Shown here piece by piece: positions 34,021-43,689 of a DNA stretch of 64,000 nt (its first letter is position 1; the number at the start of each line of letters is the position of its first letter). Under the pieces are notes generated by a model. The model did not search any database, was not told the origin of the DNA, and worked only from the letters and a program-made list of their open reading frames with translations. The stretch covers positions 6,644 to 70,643 of IMG/VR virus record IMGVR_UViG_3300013102_000003; one strand, given 5' to 3'. The position numbers were made by a program, and so were the translations under genes. The DNA comes from a virus (Duplodnaviria; Heunggongvirae; Uroviricota; Caudoviricetes).

Positions 34021-35229
34021 ATGACAACACTTTTTGACTTGCTTGATCCTGAAGAACTCTCCCAGATGATTTCTGAGAAGAGGATCGCCAAGCAGGTCCA
34101 TCCTTCCCTGCCCATCTCCATCTACAACTACACAAACCGCGCCCAATTCATGAACAAATGGACCCAGTCGGAGCGTGTCTGCCGTGGTCTCATTGTCGAA
34201 GACGGCACCAACAAGGTCATTGCCCGTGGTCCGGAGAAGTTCTTCAACTACGGCCAGCCCGGAGCACCGGAGATCGATCTGGATTCTCCCGTGATGATTA
34301 CCCAGAAGGAGGACGGCTCTCTCGGTATCGGATGGTACTATGACGGATTCTCCGGTGTCGCCACTCGCGGAAGCTTCGCCTCAGATCAGGCCAAACACGC
34401 CTCGGCCATGCTTCCCGACTTCCGGAGAGAGTCTTTCAAGTGGCACATGGACCACGACAAGACGAGCATCTTTGAGATAGTCTATCCCGAAAACCGGATT
34501 GTGCTTGATTACGGCGACCGTGACGAGCTTATCGAACTCGGCACTGTGGATAACAAGTCCGGCCTGATTGTCAACAGGCGTCGTGACGCTATTAGGGGCC
34601 GGTGGTACATGCCCCTCTCAGAGGCGCTTGTCTTCCCTATCCCTGCCGACGAGGAAGGGTACGTTCTCGACATCTTCTCGAAAGATTTTGACGAGTGGGG
34701 TACCGGAACCGTGACGGGCCACATTAAGCTCAAGGGCGAAGAGTACAAGATTCTCCACGGCCTGCTGACGAACACCAACGCACGCCGGATCTGGGTCCAG
34801 CTTGCAGCACGTGCATGCCATCAGCTTGTCGAGCAGACCGCCGCCAACAACGGCAAGGAGGTCGAGAAGGTCTGGGCTACGTACGTCGGAGGTGATCCGG
34901 AGGACTTCAAGCGCGTCAAGATCGAAAAGGACATTGTCGATACCCTCTTGACAAATGTACCCGATGAGTTCTATGATTGGGTTACCAAGAAGATCGACGG
35001 CATCAACGACACTGTATCAGACCTGATTTCTCAGGCTATAGCGTTGAGCGGCCAAGCTGCTCTTGTCACTGACAAGCGTAAGCGCCACGAACTCGTGAAG
35101 GATCACCCTCTTTGCAAGGAGATCCTGAACTACGTTGACGACCGAGATCTGTCCCGAATCACACTCAAGGCATGGAAATTTGCAAAGCCGGAAGGTGATG
35201 ACACCCCATTTAGAACAGAAGAGGATTAA
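34021..35229 (+). CDS. Rnl1-family (T4 RnlA-like) RNA ligase
   Basis: Motif I ITQKEDGSLG (KEDG, the Rnl1 hallmark). 402 aa. A Pnkp gene follows two genes downstream, as in the T4 tRNA-repair pair. Confidence 0.6.
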   Translation: MTTLFDLLDPEELSQMISEKRIAKQVHPSLPISIYNYTNRAQFMNKWTQSERVCRGLIVEDGTNKVIARGPEKFFNYGQPGAPEIDLDSPVMITQKEDGSLGIGWYYDGFSGVATRGSFASDQAKHASAMLPDFRRESFKWHMDHDKTSIFEIVYPENRIVLDYGDRDELIELGTVDNKSGLIVNRRRDAIRGRWYMPLSEALVFPIPADEEGYVLDIFSKDFDEWGTGTVTGHIKLKGEEYKILHGLLTNTNARRIWVQLAARACHQLVEQTAANNGKEVEKVWATYVGGDPEDFKRVKIEKDIVDTLLTNVPDEFYDWVTKKIDGINDTVSDLISQAIALSGQAALVTDKRKRHELVKDHPLCKEILNYVDDRDLSRITLKAWKFAKPEGDDTPFRTEED

Positions 35230-35673
35230 TTGAAGAAGCTTGCAGTGGCCGGTATCGTACTGGCATCCGCCCTTACCCTGACAGCCTGTGGAAGTTCCGG
35301 ATACAACTCCGGTTTCGACGGGTTCAACGACGGATACTCCAACAATGGAGGTTGGAATTCCTCCGACTGGGACATGAACAACCCGTCAGTTTGGAACAAC
35401 AACTCCTACTGCCACGGCGGAACGTACCAGCCACTTGCAGGCAATCAGTACTCTTGCGTCAACAATGGAGTGACCTCGCGCCCATCGGCACGGCCCAAAG
35501 CCCCCATTGTCCCGCCGAAGACCCAGCAGGCACCGCCCAAGGAGATTCAGCAGAAGCGCCAGCAGGCTACACAGCAGCGCCAGCAGCAACAGCAAAAGCA
35601 GAACAGTGCCCCGAAGCAGAACAGCTACAAGGCACCGTCAGCACCACGTCCCGCAACGAAGTCGGGTAAATAG
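35230..35673 (+). CDS. Lipoprotein with Gln-rich C-terminus
   Basis: Lipobox LTLTAC. Low-complexity Q/P-rich tail. Confidence 0.5.
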   Translation: MKKLAVAGIVLASALTLTACGSSGYNSGFDGFNDGYSNNGGWNSSDWDMNNPSVWNNNSYCHGGTYQPLAGNQYSCVNNGVTSRPSARPKAPIVPPKTQQAPPKEIQQKRQQATQQRQQQQQKQNSAPKQNSYKAPSAPRPATKSGK

Positions 35674-35682
35674 AAAGGCAAC

Positions 35683-36624
35683 ATGCAGAACAAGAACCAA
35701 GAACTGGTAGTGCTTAGAGGCCTTCAGGGTTCAGGCAAGACCACGTTTGCCCACCAGTGGGTAGCAGAAAACCCGGACTGGCGTTTCCGCCTCAACCGTG
35801 ACGATACCCGCAAGGCAGCTTACAACAAGCTGCACGGACTCTCCCACCACATGGAAGAGAACGTCACACTCTCCGAAACGGCACAGGCAGAAGTCTTGCT
35901 CGCTGCCGGAATCTCCGTCATCGTTGACGCCACCAACCTGAGGGCCAAGGCCGTCAAGGACTGGTACGGTGTAGCGAACAAGGCCGGAGTCCCCGTTCGA
36001 GTCCACGACATTGACACTCCGCTGGAAGAGTGTATTGTTAATGATCAGAACCGAGAAAAGAAGGTAGGTGAGGACGTTATCAGACACTACAATGACCGCT
36101 TTTTCAACAAGGGCAAGCTCCCGCCTGTCCCTCCTAACGTTCTCGCTGAGCCTCTGGGCAGGGCGTGGACACCCAATCCTGACCTGCCTAAGGCTATCTG
36201 GGTTGACATCGACGGCACTCTAGCTGAGCGCGTCCACGATCTGGCTCCCCAGCCCGTCCGTGGCCCGTTTGACGAGGCACGAGTCTACGAGGACGCCGTG
36301 ATCGAGCACATTGCTGAACTGGTCCGACTGCTTCACGCTGCCGGGTACAAGATCATCATCATGTCCGGACGAACGGACTCCTGCCAGCCTGAGACTGAGC
36401 GCTGGCTTCGGGACAACAACATCCCGTACGACGAGATCTTCATGCGCCGTACGGAGCTTGACAAGGGCCGAAAGGACAACCTTGTCAAGCACGATCTCTT
36501 CTGGGATAACGTTGCCCCGAAGTACAACGTGGAGTTCTGCCTTGACGACCGCCAGCAGGTAGTGGACTTCACTCGTGATGTCCTGAAGATCCCGGTACTG
36601 CAAGTACAGCCGGGTAACTTCTGA
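35683..36624 (+). CDS. pnkP: Polynucleotide 5'-kinase/3'-phosphatase (T4 Pnkp-like)
   Basis: N-terminal P-loop kinase LRGLQGSGKTT. C-terminal HAD phosphatase WVDIDGTLAE plus IIMSGR. 313 aa, matching the T4 Pnkp layout. Confidence 0.7.
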   Translation: MQNKNQELVVLRGLQGSGKTTFAHQWVAENPDWRFRLNRDDTRKAAYNKLHGLSHHMEENVTLSETAQAEVLLAAGISVIVDATNLRAKAVKDWYGVANKAGVPVRVHDIDTPLEECIVNDQNREKKVGEDVIRHYNDRFFNKGKLPPVPPNVLAEPLGRAWTPNPDLPKAIWVDIDGTLAERVHDLAPQPVRGPFDEARVYEDAVIEHIAELVRLLHAAGYKIIIMSGRTDSCQPETERWLRDNNIPYDEIFMRRTELDKGRKDNLVKHDLFWDNVAPKYNVEFCLDDRQQVVDFTRDVLKIPVLQVQPGNF

Positions 36625-36809
36625 TGGGCCGGATACCACCAGACCCGCTCACCATCCTCACCTTTGAGGAAAGAAATTCATGGCTTGAGCGGGACGAGGA
36701 AGAGTATTACAACTGGGTACGACGGATTCAGAAGGTTGATTCCGAGCTTCTTGTGAACAACAAGAAGGTCCCGCGTCACCGCTACAATAAGAACCCGCTT
36801 ATCCCGTAG
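36624..36809 (+). CDS. Hypothetical protein (61 aa)
   Basis: Coupled start (ATGA-type). Confidence 0.35.
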   Translation: MGRIPPDPLTILTFEERNSWLERDEEEYYNWVRRIQKVDSELLVNNKKVPRHRYNKNPLIP

Positions 36810-36819
36810 CTTGACCAAG

Positions 36820-36861
36820 AGCAGGCTGTCGTGTAGACTCATACATGACAGCCTGCTTTTG
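36820..36861 (+). terminator. Rho-independent terminator (11-bp perfect stem)
   Basis: agcaggctgtc-N16-gacagcctgct followed by tttt. A tataat at 36865-36870 follows, for the next gene. Confidence 0.7.
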
Positions 36862-36896
36862 CAGTATAATTGAACTACAACAACGAAGGAGTCACC

Positions 36897-37238
36897 ATGT
36901 CTGCTACAACGAAGACCGCCGATCCGATTGTCGAGAGCATCGAGCCGGAGTGCGAGATCATCAAACTCCCGGAGGACAGCGAGGACTACGAGCTTGACGC
37001 CCGAATCCGTTGTGACCACAGTGCCACAGTCGGCAACGAATACACCGCTGGCGGGAAGACAGGCATCACCTGTGGCTCCCAGTCCTACGTCAAGGTGACG
37101 CTGAAGTCGGGCGGAAGCCTGTTCTTCTGCAAGCACCACGCCGACAAGGAGGAAGCGGCCCTCAAGCCCATCTCCAAGCAGTGGTACACCGAAGAAGCAC
37201 GACTCATCGAAAACCGAAAGACAGGATCAGAAAACTAG
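36897..37238 (+). CDS. Hypothetical Cys-containing protein
   Basis: Strong RBS aaggag then ATG 36897. CDH…CGSQ…CKHH motifs. Confidence 0.45.
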   Translation: MSATTKTADPIVESIEPECEIIKLPEDSEDYELDARIRCDHSATVGNEYTAGGKTGITCGSQSYVKVTLKSGGSLFFCKHHADKEEAALKPISKQWYTEEARLIENRKTGSEN

Positions 37239-37239
37239 A

Positions 37240-38067
37240 ATGACAACCATCATCCGAGGGCCGGAGTCAGGCCCTCCAAGCCCAAGCGAAATGACCTTCG
37301 AAGAAGAACTCATGGAAGCCCTGTCCAAGCCGGTCAGTGATCCACTGGACAATGTATCCATCTACCTCGTAGGTGGCGCTGTCCGTGAGATCGTTCGCGG
37401 GTTCCCGGAGAAGGTCAAGGACTGGGACTTCGCTGTAGCGGCACGTTCGTTTGATGAGATGCGTGACTACCTGATCGAGAACGGTTTCGAGATCTTCCTC
37501 GAAACCCCGCAGTACTTCACCATCCGTGCCCGTGCGCCCAAGGACACGTTCACGTTCGCTGGGCTGGACATGACGGGGAAGACGTTCGACTTCACGCTGT
37601 GCCGCTCTGAGGGCGATTACACCGATGGCCGTCACCCGGACTCGGTTGAGGTCGGCACCATCCGGGAGGATCTGGCGCGTCGTGACTTCACGATGAACGC
37701 AATCGCTCTGGACGCCGCTGGAGGCCTCATTGACCCCTTCGGTGGGGCTGAGGACATCAAGGTCGGTTTGATCCGCTGTGTGGGCGGTACAGAGCGTCTG
37801 AGGGAGGATTCCCTGAGGATGCTCCGGGCCATCAGGTTCGCGGTTCAACTTGACTTCAACCTGTCCAACGAAATCGTTGGATTCCTGTATGATGTCAACA
37901 ACGTACCGCTACTGGATAACGTCTCGTCGGAGCGCATCCGCGAAGAGTTGACCAAGGCGTTCAAGGCTGATACTCTGGAGACGTTGTATTACCTCCAGTC
38001 CTACCACGCTCTGACGGCTTCGATCTTCTCCGGAGACATGTGGCTGCTGCCTACGGTCAAAGGATAG
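37240..38067 (+). CDS. tRNA nucleotidyltransferase / poly(A) polymerase head-domain protein (CCA-adding-like, truncated form)
   Basis: YLVGGAVRE…DWDF (GG…D.D) head motif and RRDFTMNAIAL (RRD motif). 275 aa. Confidence 0.6.
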   Translation: MTTIIRGPESGPPSPSEMTFEEELMEALSKPVSDPLDNVSIYLVGGAVREIVRGFPEKVKDWDFAVAARSFDEMRDYLIENGFEIFLETPQYFTIRARAPKDTFTFAGLDMTGKTFDFTLCRSEGDYTDGRHPDSVEVGTIREDLARRDFTMNAIALDAAGGLIDPFGGAEDIKVGLIRCVGGTERLREDSLRMLRAIRFAVQLDFNLSNEIVGFLYDVNNVPLLDNVSSERIREELTKAFKADTLETLYYLQSYHALTASIFSGDMWLLPTVKG

Positions 38068-38096
38068 TTGTATGTCCTTGGAATTCGTGGTAGAAT
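38068..38096 (+). promoter_or_regulatory. Promoter (TTGTAT-17-TAGAAT)
   Basis: ttgtatgtccttggaattcgtggtagaatagag. Confidence 0.4.
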
Positions 38097-38146
38097 AGAG
38101 TGGTAAGTCCCCGTAATGGGGTAACTACCACCGTAAGTGAATACAA

Positions 38147-39442
38147 ATGGCTAATACCGTTGTTCTAGACACGTCCGTACTCCTATCCGCTGGAAGGACG
38201 GCGTTGTATTCCTTTGGTGAACAAAACGTAGTCCTCCCCCTTGTAGTTGTAAGTGAGCTTGAGACGAAACGCAATGACCCCGATCTTGGTCTTGCTGCTC
38301 GCTCCGTCCTACGAGCCTTGGATACCCTCATCTCTCAGGGTGACATCCGGGAAGGCGTCTCCCTTGGGGAGGGCTATGGCACCATCCGCATCGAAACCAA
38401 CCATGTGACCGACGTTCCGGCTGCTCTGAAGAGTAGCCAGTCCAACGACACGAAGATCATCACGGTTGCCCTCATGCTCAGCAATGAGCTAGATGGGGAT
38501 GTGTTCCTTGTTACTAAGGACATCCCTCTCAGGGTAAAGGCTTCCATCGTGAATGTCAAGACCCAGAATTTTACTCCGGCGAACATCTCCGGAGACTACA
38601 TCGACAACACGGAAATCCACTGGGTTACCGCTGATCAGATCGCTGAAGTCCACGCTGCCGGATTCATCCGCCTTGATCTGGACATCCCGCGTAACGTTGG
38701 TGTCATTCTCCGCAGTGAAGAGAATCCCAAGAACACCGCCATGGTGATCTCCGGAAAGCAGTACGAGTTTGACCTCATCGAACAGCACAACGTTGCTGGG
38801 CTGGCTTCCCGGTCTGCCGAGCAGGCTTTCGCGGTCAACTACCTCATGGATGACTCAATCAAGATTGTCTCCCTTGGCGGGCGTGCAGGTACCGGTAAGA
38901 CTACCCTAGCACTTGCTGCCGGTGTTGAACAGCTAAACATCAACAATGGCACGTACAAGAAGATCATCGTCTTCCGCTCCATGCAGTCCGTTGGCGGCGA
39001 AGAGCTTGGCTTCCTTCCGGGAACCGAGTCCGAGAAGATGGACCCTTGGACCGCAGCCGTCTATGATAGTCTAAACTCCTTCCTCACACCGAAGCAGATT
39101 GGTGATCTGAAGGTTCGTCAGGCTATCGAGGTTCTTCCGCTGACACACATCCGTGGACGTACGTTCAACAACGCATTCATCATCATTGATGAGTCCCAGA
39201 ACCTTGAGCGTGCAACCCTCCTGACCGCGCTCTCCCGCCTTGGAAAGAACTCTAAGGCTGTCATGACGTGGGACGTGTCCCAGCGTGACAACTTCCGCGT
39301 AGGCCGTCACGATGGCGTTTACGAGGTTGCCAGCAGGCTTCTTGGTGAGAAGCTGTTCGCCCACACTAGCCTCAAAAAGTCCGAACGTTCCGACGTTGCA
39401 GAGCTTGTTTCCCGTGTTCTAGATGACTTTGACATGAAGTAA
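38147..39442 (+). CDS. PhoH2-like protein (N-terminal PIN RNase domain + PhoH ATPase)
   Basis: The N-terminus MANTVVLDTSVLL is a PIN motif. Walker A GRAGTGKTT and IIIDESQNL Walker B mark the PhoH domain. Confidence 0.7.
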   Translation: MANTVVLDTSVLLSAGRTALYSFGEQNVVLPLVVVSELETKRNDPDLGLAARSVLRALDTLISQGDIREGVSLGEGYGTIRIETNHVTDVPAALKSSQSNDTKIITVALMLSNELDGDVFLVTKDIPLRVKASIVNVKTQNFTPANISGDYIDNTEIHWVTADQIAEVHAAGFIRLDLDIPRNVGVILRSEENPKNTAMVISGKQYEFDLIEQHNVAGLASRSAEQAFAVNYLMDDSIKIVSLGGRAGTGKTTLALAAGVEQLNINNGTYKKIIVFRSMQSVGGEELGFLPGTESEKMDPWTAAVYDSLNSFLTPKQIGDLKVRQAIEVLPLTHIRGRTFNNAFIIIDESQNLERATLLTALSRLGKNSKAVMTWDVSQRDNFRVGRHDGVYEVASRLLGEKLFAHTSLKKSERSDVAELVSRVLDDFDMK

Positions 39443-39459
39443 CCTCTACACTATAAGTT

Positions 39460-39495
39460 GAGACCCGTATCCCTGTGATGCGGGTCTCTTCTTTC
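39460..39495 (+). terminator. Rho-independent terminator
   Basis: gagacccg-N13-cgggtctc followed by ttctttc. Confidence 0.6.
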
Positions 39496-39536
39496 ATGGT
39501 ATCATAGAGTAATACCACTTCAATACGGGGGACATT

Positions 39537-39959
39537 ATGTCCATTGAACTTCCATGGGGCGACAGGAAAGTTGCCGAACTTCTAATTTCCGACAGTGAAA
39601 CTGCATCGGCACTTCGCACTGCATTGGAACCCATCATCCAAGCAGCCGGTGACGGCGGCACGGTAGGCCTCATCGGGCCAGCAGGACCGGCAGGACCTCA
39701 AGGACCCGCTGGACCGGCAGGGGCTGACGGTCAGGACGGAGCAGACGGCGCTACCGGACCGGCAGGAGCTACAGGGGCCACAGGCGCTACGGGACCAGCA
39801 GGGCCTACAGGTCCGGCAGGAGCTACAGGAGCTACAGGAGCTACAGGAGCTACAGGAGCTACAGGTCCAACGGGACCGGCAATGACTCTCGTGCTTGGAC
39901 CCAACGATCCGATCCCGCCGAACACTCCAGCAGGTACAGTTATTTATAGGACTGCGTAA
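39537..39959 (+). CDS. Collagen-like repeat protein (GXY x about 30)
   Basis: [37 protein letters not shown]… uninterrupted Gly-X-Y triplets. Confidence 0.65.
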   Translation: MSIELPWGDRKVAELLISDSETASALRTALEPIIQAAGDGGTVGLIGPAGPAGPQGPAGPAGADGQDGADGATGPAGATGATGATGPAGPTGPAGATGATGATGATGATGPTGPAMTLVLGPNDPIPPNTPAGTVIYRTA

Positions 39960-41482
39960 TGGCTGTCGAACGTATAGGGTACACCACAGTAGTCAATACT
40001 GGTGGGTCACAGGACGTAACCATAGGCCCTACTGGAGGAACAATCCAAGAGGGCGACTGGATGGTTATGGTCGTTGCGGCGAATCAGTCGCAGGTGCTAA
40101 CTGTACCTACCGGTTGGACATCCATCAAGAACATGCAAGTGTCTGGTACACTGTCCACGGCCATCTTCACAAAAAAGCGCACCAGCACAGATAGCACCTA
40201 CGCACTCCATGTCACTGCTGGCACCCTTGTGACTGTCTCCCTGATGTGGTTCAGAGGCGTTGCAGACACCGGCTGGGTCATCGGAACCGGGATGAACCGC
40301 AGCGCCACTGGCAGCACGTTCAACAACATTGCCCCATCCATTGCTACGACTGGTAGCATGATGGCGCTCACCATCTCCACAGAGCGCACCAGCGCCACGG
40401 AAGTGTCATACACATCCATCTCTGGCGCTACCCCGTGGTTCTACTATGGGCAGACTGCGTCCTACATCGAGACCATCCTCATTGCCTACAAGGACATGCC
40501 TTCGGCTGGCACCACCGGTGACGTAACCGTAGTCTACCCCAACACACAGGCATCTAATGGCTACGGAATCCAGATCGGACTCCCGGCAGCAGCGGCTCCT
40601 GCTGCCCCTATGGGGCCTCTGCGTATCTACACAGGCGGTCAGGAGCATGCTGTCACGGCTACTCACTGGAACGGCACCTCGGAGATCCCTACACCCGTCG
40701 TGGAGCCGTACAACGGCAACTGGCACATTGCCGATCTTCTCTCCACCACTCCGTTCTACATTGCACACCGTGGCAGTGGAGGGAACTGGCCGGAACACAC
40801 CTACCGAAGCTACACCTCTGCGGCCAACTGGGGTATGAAGGCGATTGAAATCTCCTGCCATATAACCTCTGATGGGCTGATCGTCTGCCACCATGACGCC
40901 AGTACGCTCCGGATGACCGGTGTGGATATGAATATCGGTTCCTCCACGAAAGCCCAGCTTGATACGCTATCCAACACAGCGGCTTTCACGGACTATACCA
41001 GCCAACCTAGCCAGCCAATACCACTTCTCACCGACGTGCTTGACAAGTTGGGTAACTCTCACGTACTCTTTATAGAGCCGAAGGTTGGCGGATCATGGCA
41101 GCTAAACACTCTGATGCCTTTGATCCAGTCCAAGGTCTCTGACCCTACCCGTGTCGTCTGGAAGCAACCCATCAACTCCGGTCAATGGGGCAACGCCAAG
41201 GCTCGCGGCTGGACAACATGGGGCTATGTGCTGTCACAGGACACCAACCACACCAGCAGCCTCGACACGTTGATCCCTCAGGCCAACGTTGATATGATCG
41301 GCGTGGAGCGCATTGCCTCTGACGCGTTCGTATCAGACATCGTGGCCCGTGCCAATGCTGTCGGCAAGAAGGTCATTATGTGGGAGATTCGCTCTATTGC
41401 AGACCGTGACCGCGCTCTCGCACTTGGGTGCGTCGGACTGATGACATCCAACATCCGTGTGGTGCTCCCGAAGTTCGGGTAG
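39959..41482 (+). CDS. Beta-rich fibre-like protein with C-terminal glycerophosphodiester phosphodiesterase (GDPD) domain
   Basis: C-terminal FYIAHRGSGGNWPEHT…AIEISCHITSDG…HHD GDPD catalytic motifs. The N-terminal about 230 aa are Thr/Ser/Gly-rich and beta-like. Confidence 0.55.
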   Translation: MAVERIGYTTVVNTGGSQDVTIGPTGGTIQEGDWMVMVVAANQSQVLTVPTGWTSIKNMQVSGTLSTAIFTKKRTSTDSTYALHVTAGTLVTVSLMWFRGVADTGWVIGTGMNRSATGSTFNNIAPSIATTGSMMALTISTERTSATEVSYTSISGATPWFYYGQTASYIETILIAYKDMPSAGTTGDVTVVYPNTQASNGYGIQIGLPAAAAPAAPMGPLRIYTGGQEHAVTATHWNGTSEIPTPVVEPYNGNWHIADLLSTTPFYIAHRGSGGNWPEHTYRSYTSAANWGMKAIEISCHITSDGLIVCHHDASTLRMTGVDMNIGSSTKAQLDTLSNTAAFTDYTSQPSQPIPLLTDVLDKLGNSHVLFIEPKVGGSWQLNTLMPLIQSKVSDPTRVVWKQPINSGQWGNAKARGWTTWGYVLSQDTNHTSSLDTLIPQANVDMIGVERIASDAFVSDIVARANAVGKKVIMWEIRSIADRDRALALGCVGLMTSNIRVVLPKFG

Positions 41483-41518
41483 TTTACTTTTCGAGTAGCC
41501 TGTGGTAGACTCTAGTCA

Positions 41519-42166
41519 ATGGAAAACATTGTATTAGAGGCTATCACAGGCTCTCGCGCTTATGGCCTACATCACGAAAAATCAGACACCGACAAAATGG
41601 GCATCTTTGTTGCCCCGACCGTGGAAGTGGCCGGTCTCGACTGGAACTCCAGCAAGGAATCATGGTCCGATGCAGGACCCGAAGGTGACGACACCACTTA
41701 CCACGAGATTGGGAAGTTCCTCAAGCTCGCGCTGAAGTCCAACCCAACCCTCATCGAACTCTTCTTCATGAACGAGTACGAAATCCTGACACCGGAAGGT
41801 GCAGGTCTGGTTGACATCAGGGACGCCGTCCTGTACACTGATGGTATCAGAAACGCGTACTACGGTTACGCAGTCGCCCAGCACTCCAGAGTGCTTCGGG
41901 AATACCCTGACCACAAGATCAAAATGGCACGACACTGCCTGAGAATCACGGATCAGGCCATTGATCTCCTGACCACAGGAACATGCAGCCCGAAAGTGGC
42001 TGACCCTCAGAGGTATTTCGCCCTAGATGAGATGAATTTCACAGACCTTAGCCTAATGCTAGGACAATCCGTGGCACTTATCAACACTTCTGAGTCCGTT
42101 TTACCAGACAAGCCTGACCGTGATACAGTAAGAGATTTCCTTCGGGAGATTAGACGTAACAATTAG
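41519..42166 (+). CDS. Pol-beta-superfamily nucleotidyltransferase (GS…DxD)
   Basis: GSRAYGLHHEKSDTDKMG minimal NTase signature. 215 aa. Confidence 0.5.
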   Translation: MENIVLEAITGSRAYGLHHEKSDTDKMGIFVAPTVEVAGLDWNSSKESWSDAGPEGDDTTYHEIGKFLKLALKSNPTLIELFFMNEYEILTPEGAGLVDIRDAVLYTDGIRNAYYGYAVAQHSRVLREYPDHKIKMARHCLRITDQAIDLLTTGTCSPKVADPQRYFALDEMNFTDLSLMLGQSVALINTSESVLPDKPDRDTVRDFLREIRRNN

Positions 42167-42176
42167 AGAGAAGGAT

Positions 42177-43619
42177 ATGGAAAAGAACAATAAGCTAGAT
42201 CGTCTGAAGTCTTTCATTGCGGAAGACAAGGACGCAAAGGGTGAGGCAATTGACATCTCACGCGATATCCTTTATCTGGTCAACAATGCACTGGAAGGTT
42301 CGTCAAACCCACGGCTCTCCAAGGCCGTAGCCATCGGGTCCGCAGTCTACACCCTGTGTGTGGCCGGTAAGAAGCTCTGGGGGATCTACAAGAAGAGCAA
42401 CGTTGAAGACACCTACACCATCAAGATCACCGAAGATGATGCAATCTTCGACATCGTGGAAGACTGGCTCATGGAGGCCCTTCCCGAAGAGGACCAGCGC
42501 TCCATTTACGCCCACTCGACCATCGTCAAAGGTACGGATACCAAACGCAACCGCTACGATGACATGGACATCCTCTCCCGCATCGAGGAAGACCGGTTGG
42601 ACGATGAGAAGAGCCGGGTTGTCATCGAACATTCCTTCGACGGTACGGTGGTACAGACCATCAACATCGGAGGATACGATGTGGAGGTCTACTCAACCAT
42701 CCCTGAGCACCGCGTAGGGGCCGGTGAGGGCGGTCAGAAAGCCGGTTGGAACTCTCGGTCCATCAACATCGTTTGCAAGACCGTAGAGGCCCGTACAGCG
42801 GTCCTGACGGAGATCCAGAACCAGTCCCAGTTCCTCGTGGAATCCCAGCCGCGCATGTACGTGACCTCACGGTGGGGCGACTGGCGCAAGCGGGCTGAAA
42901 TCCAGCCCCGCTCCCGCGACTCGGTCATCCTGAAGGACGGCCAGATGGACCGTATCATGGACTACCTGAACAACTTCCTGTCCAACCGTGAGGCGTACCG
43001 CAAGGCGGACATCCCGTTCCGCACCGGCATCCTGCTTTACGGCGATCCGGGATCAGGCAAGTCGTCCACAGCGCTGGCCATTGCCAACGAACTGAAGATG
43101 AACGTCTACATCATTGCCCTGTCCTCATTGCTCAACGACGAATCCCTGAATGACTGCTTCAGCGCCATTCCGGCCAACTCAATTGTCATCCTTGAGGACA
43201 TCGACATTGCGTCTGCTGTGAAGGATCGTGACGGTGACGACGATAAGGGCGTGACCATGTCTGGTATGCTGAACGTGCTGGACGGCTTCCAGTCCCCTCC
43301 CGGAGTGATCACCATCATGACCACCAACCGCAAGGACGTACTCGACCCTGCAATCATCCGTCCGGGCCGTGTGGATCTTGAGGAAGAGCTTGACTGCCTT
43401 GACGATTCGCAGCTTCGCGGTCTATGCTCCTACTTCATGGGCCACGTTCCCGAGGATCTTCCGGTCATCACACCGGCAGACGGTATCACTTCCGCTGAGG
43501 TCATGGGTGTCGTCCGCAAGCACCTCCCGGACTTCGAAAACGCAGGTCCGGACATGGTTGCATTCATCCAGAAGAAGACGAAAAAGAGGGCCAAAAAGGC
43601 CTTGACAAAGGTCGCCTAG
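42177..43619 (+). CDS. AAA+ ATPase (BCS1-like N-terminal domain + classic AAA module)
   Basis: Walker A ILLYGDPGSGKSS, Walker B IVILEDID, sensor/arginine finger IIRPGRVD. Confidence 0.6.
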   Translation: MEKNNKLDRLKSFIAEDKDAKGEAIDISRDILYLVNNALEGSSNPRLSKAVAIGSAVYTLCVAGKKLWGIYKKSNVEDTYTIKITEDDAIFDIVEDWLMEALPEEDQRSIYAHSTIVKGTDTKRNRYDDMDILSRIEEDRLDDEKSRVVIEHSFDGTVVQTINIGGYDVEVYSTIPEHRVGAGEGGQKAGWNSRSINIVCKTVEARTAVLTEIQNQSQFLVESQPRMYVTSRWGDWRKRAEIQPRSRDSVILKDGQMDRIMDYLNNFLSNREAYRKADIPFRTGILLYGDPGSGKSSTALAIANELKMNVYIIALSSLLNDESLNDCFSAIPANSIVILEDIDIASAVKDRDGDDDKGVTMSGMLNVLDGFQSPPGVITIMTTNRKDVLDPAIIRPGRVDLEEELDCLDDSQLRGLCSYFMGHVPEDLPVITPADGITSAEVMGVVRKHLPDFENAGPDMVAFIQKKTKKRAKKALTKVA

Positions 43620-43629
43620 TAGGGTAAAC

Positions 43630-43658
43630 TTTACAAAAGTGCGTCTATAGTGTAGAAT
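43630..43658 (+). promoter_or_regulatory. Promoter (TTTACA-17-TAGAAT)
   Basis: tttacaaaagtgcgtctatagtgtagaatagaag. Confidence 0.45.
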
Positions 43659-43689
43659 AGAAGACATAAGTTTCTACCAAAGGACATCT

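Noticed and set aside
39731-39925. Minus-strand ORF of Gly/Pro/Ala repeats
   Set aside because: Mirror image of the collagen-like GXY repeat DNA. The + strand ORF has a start, an RBS and a coupled downstream gene.
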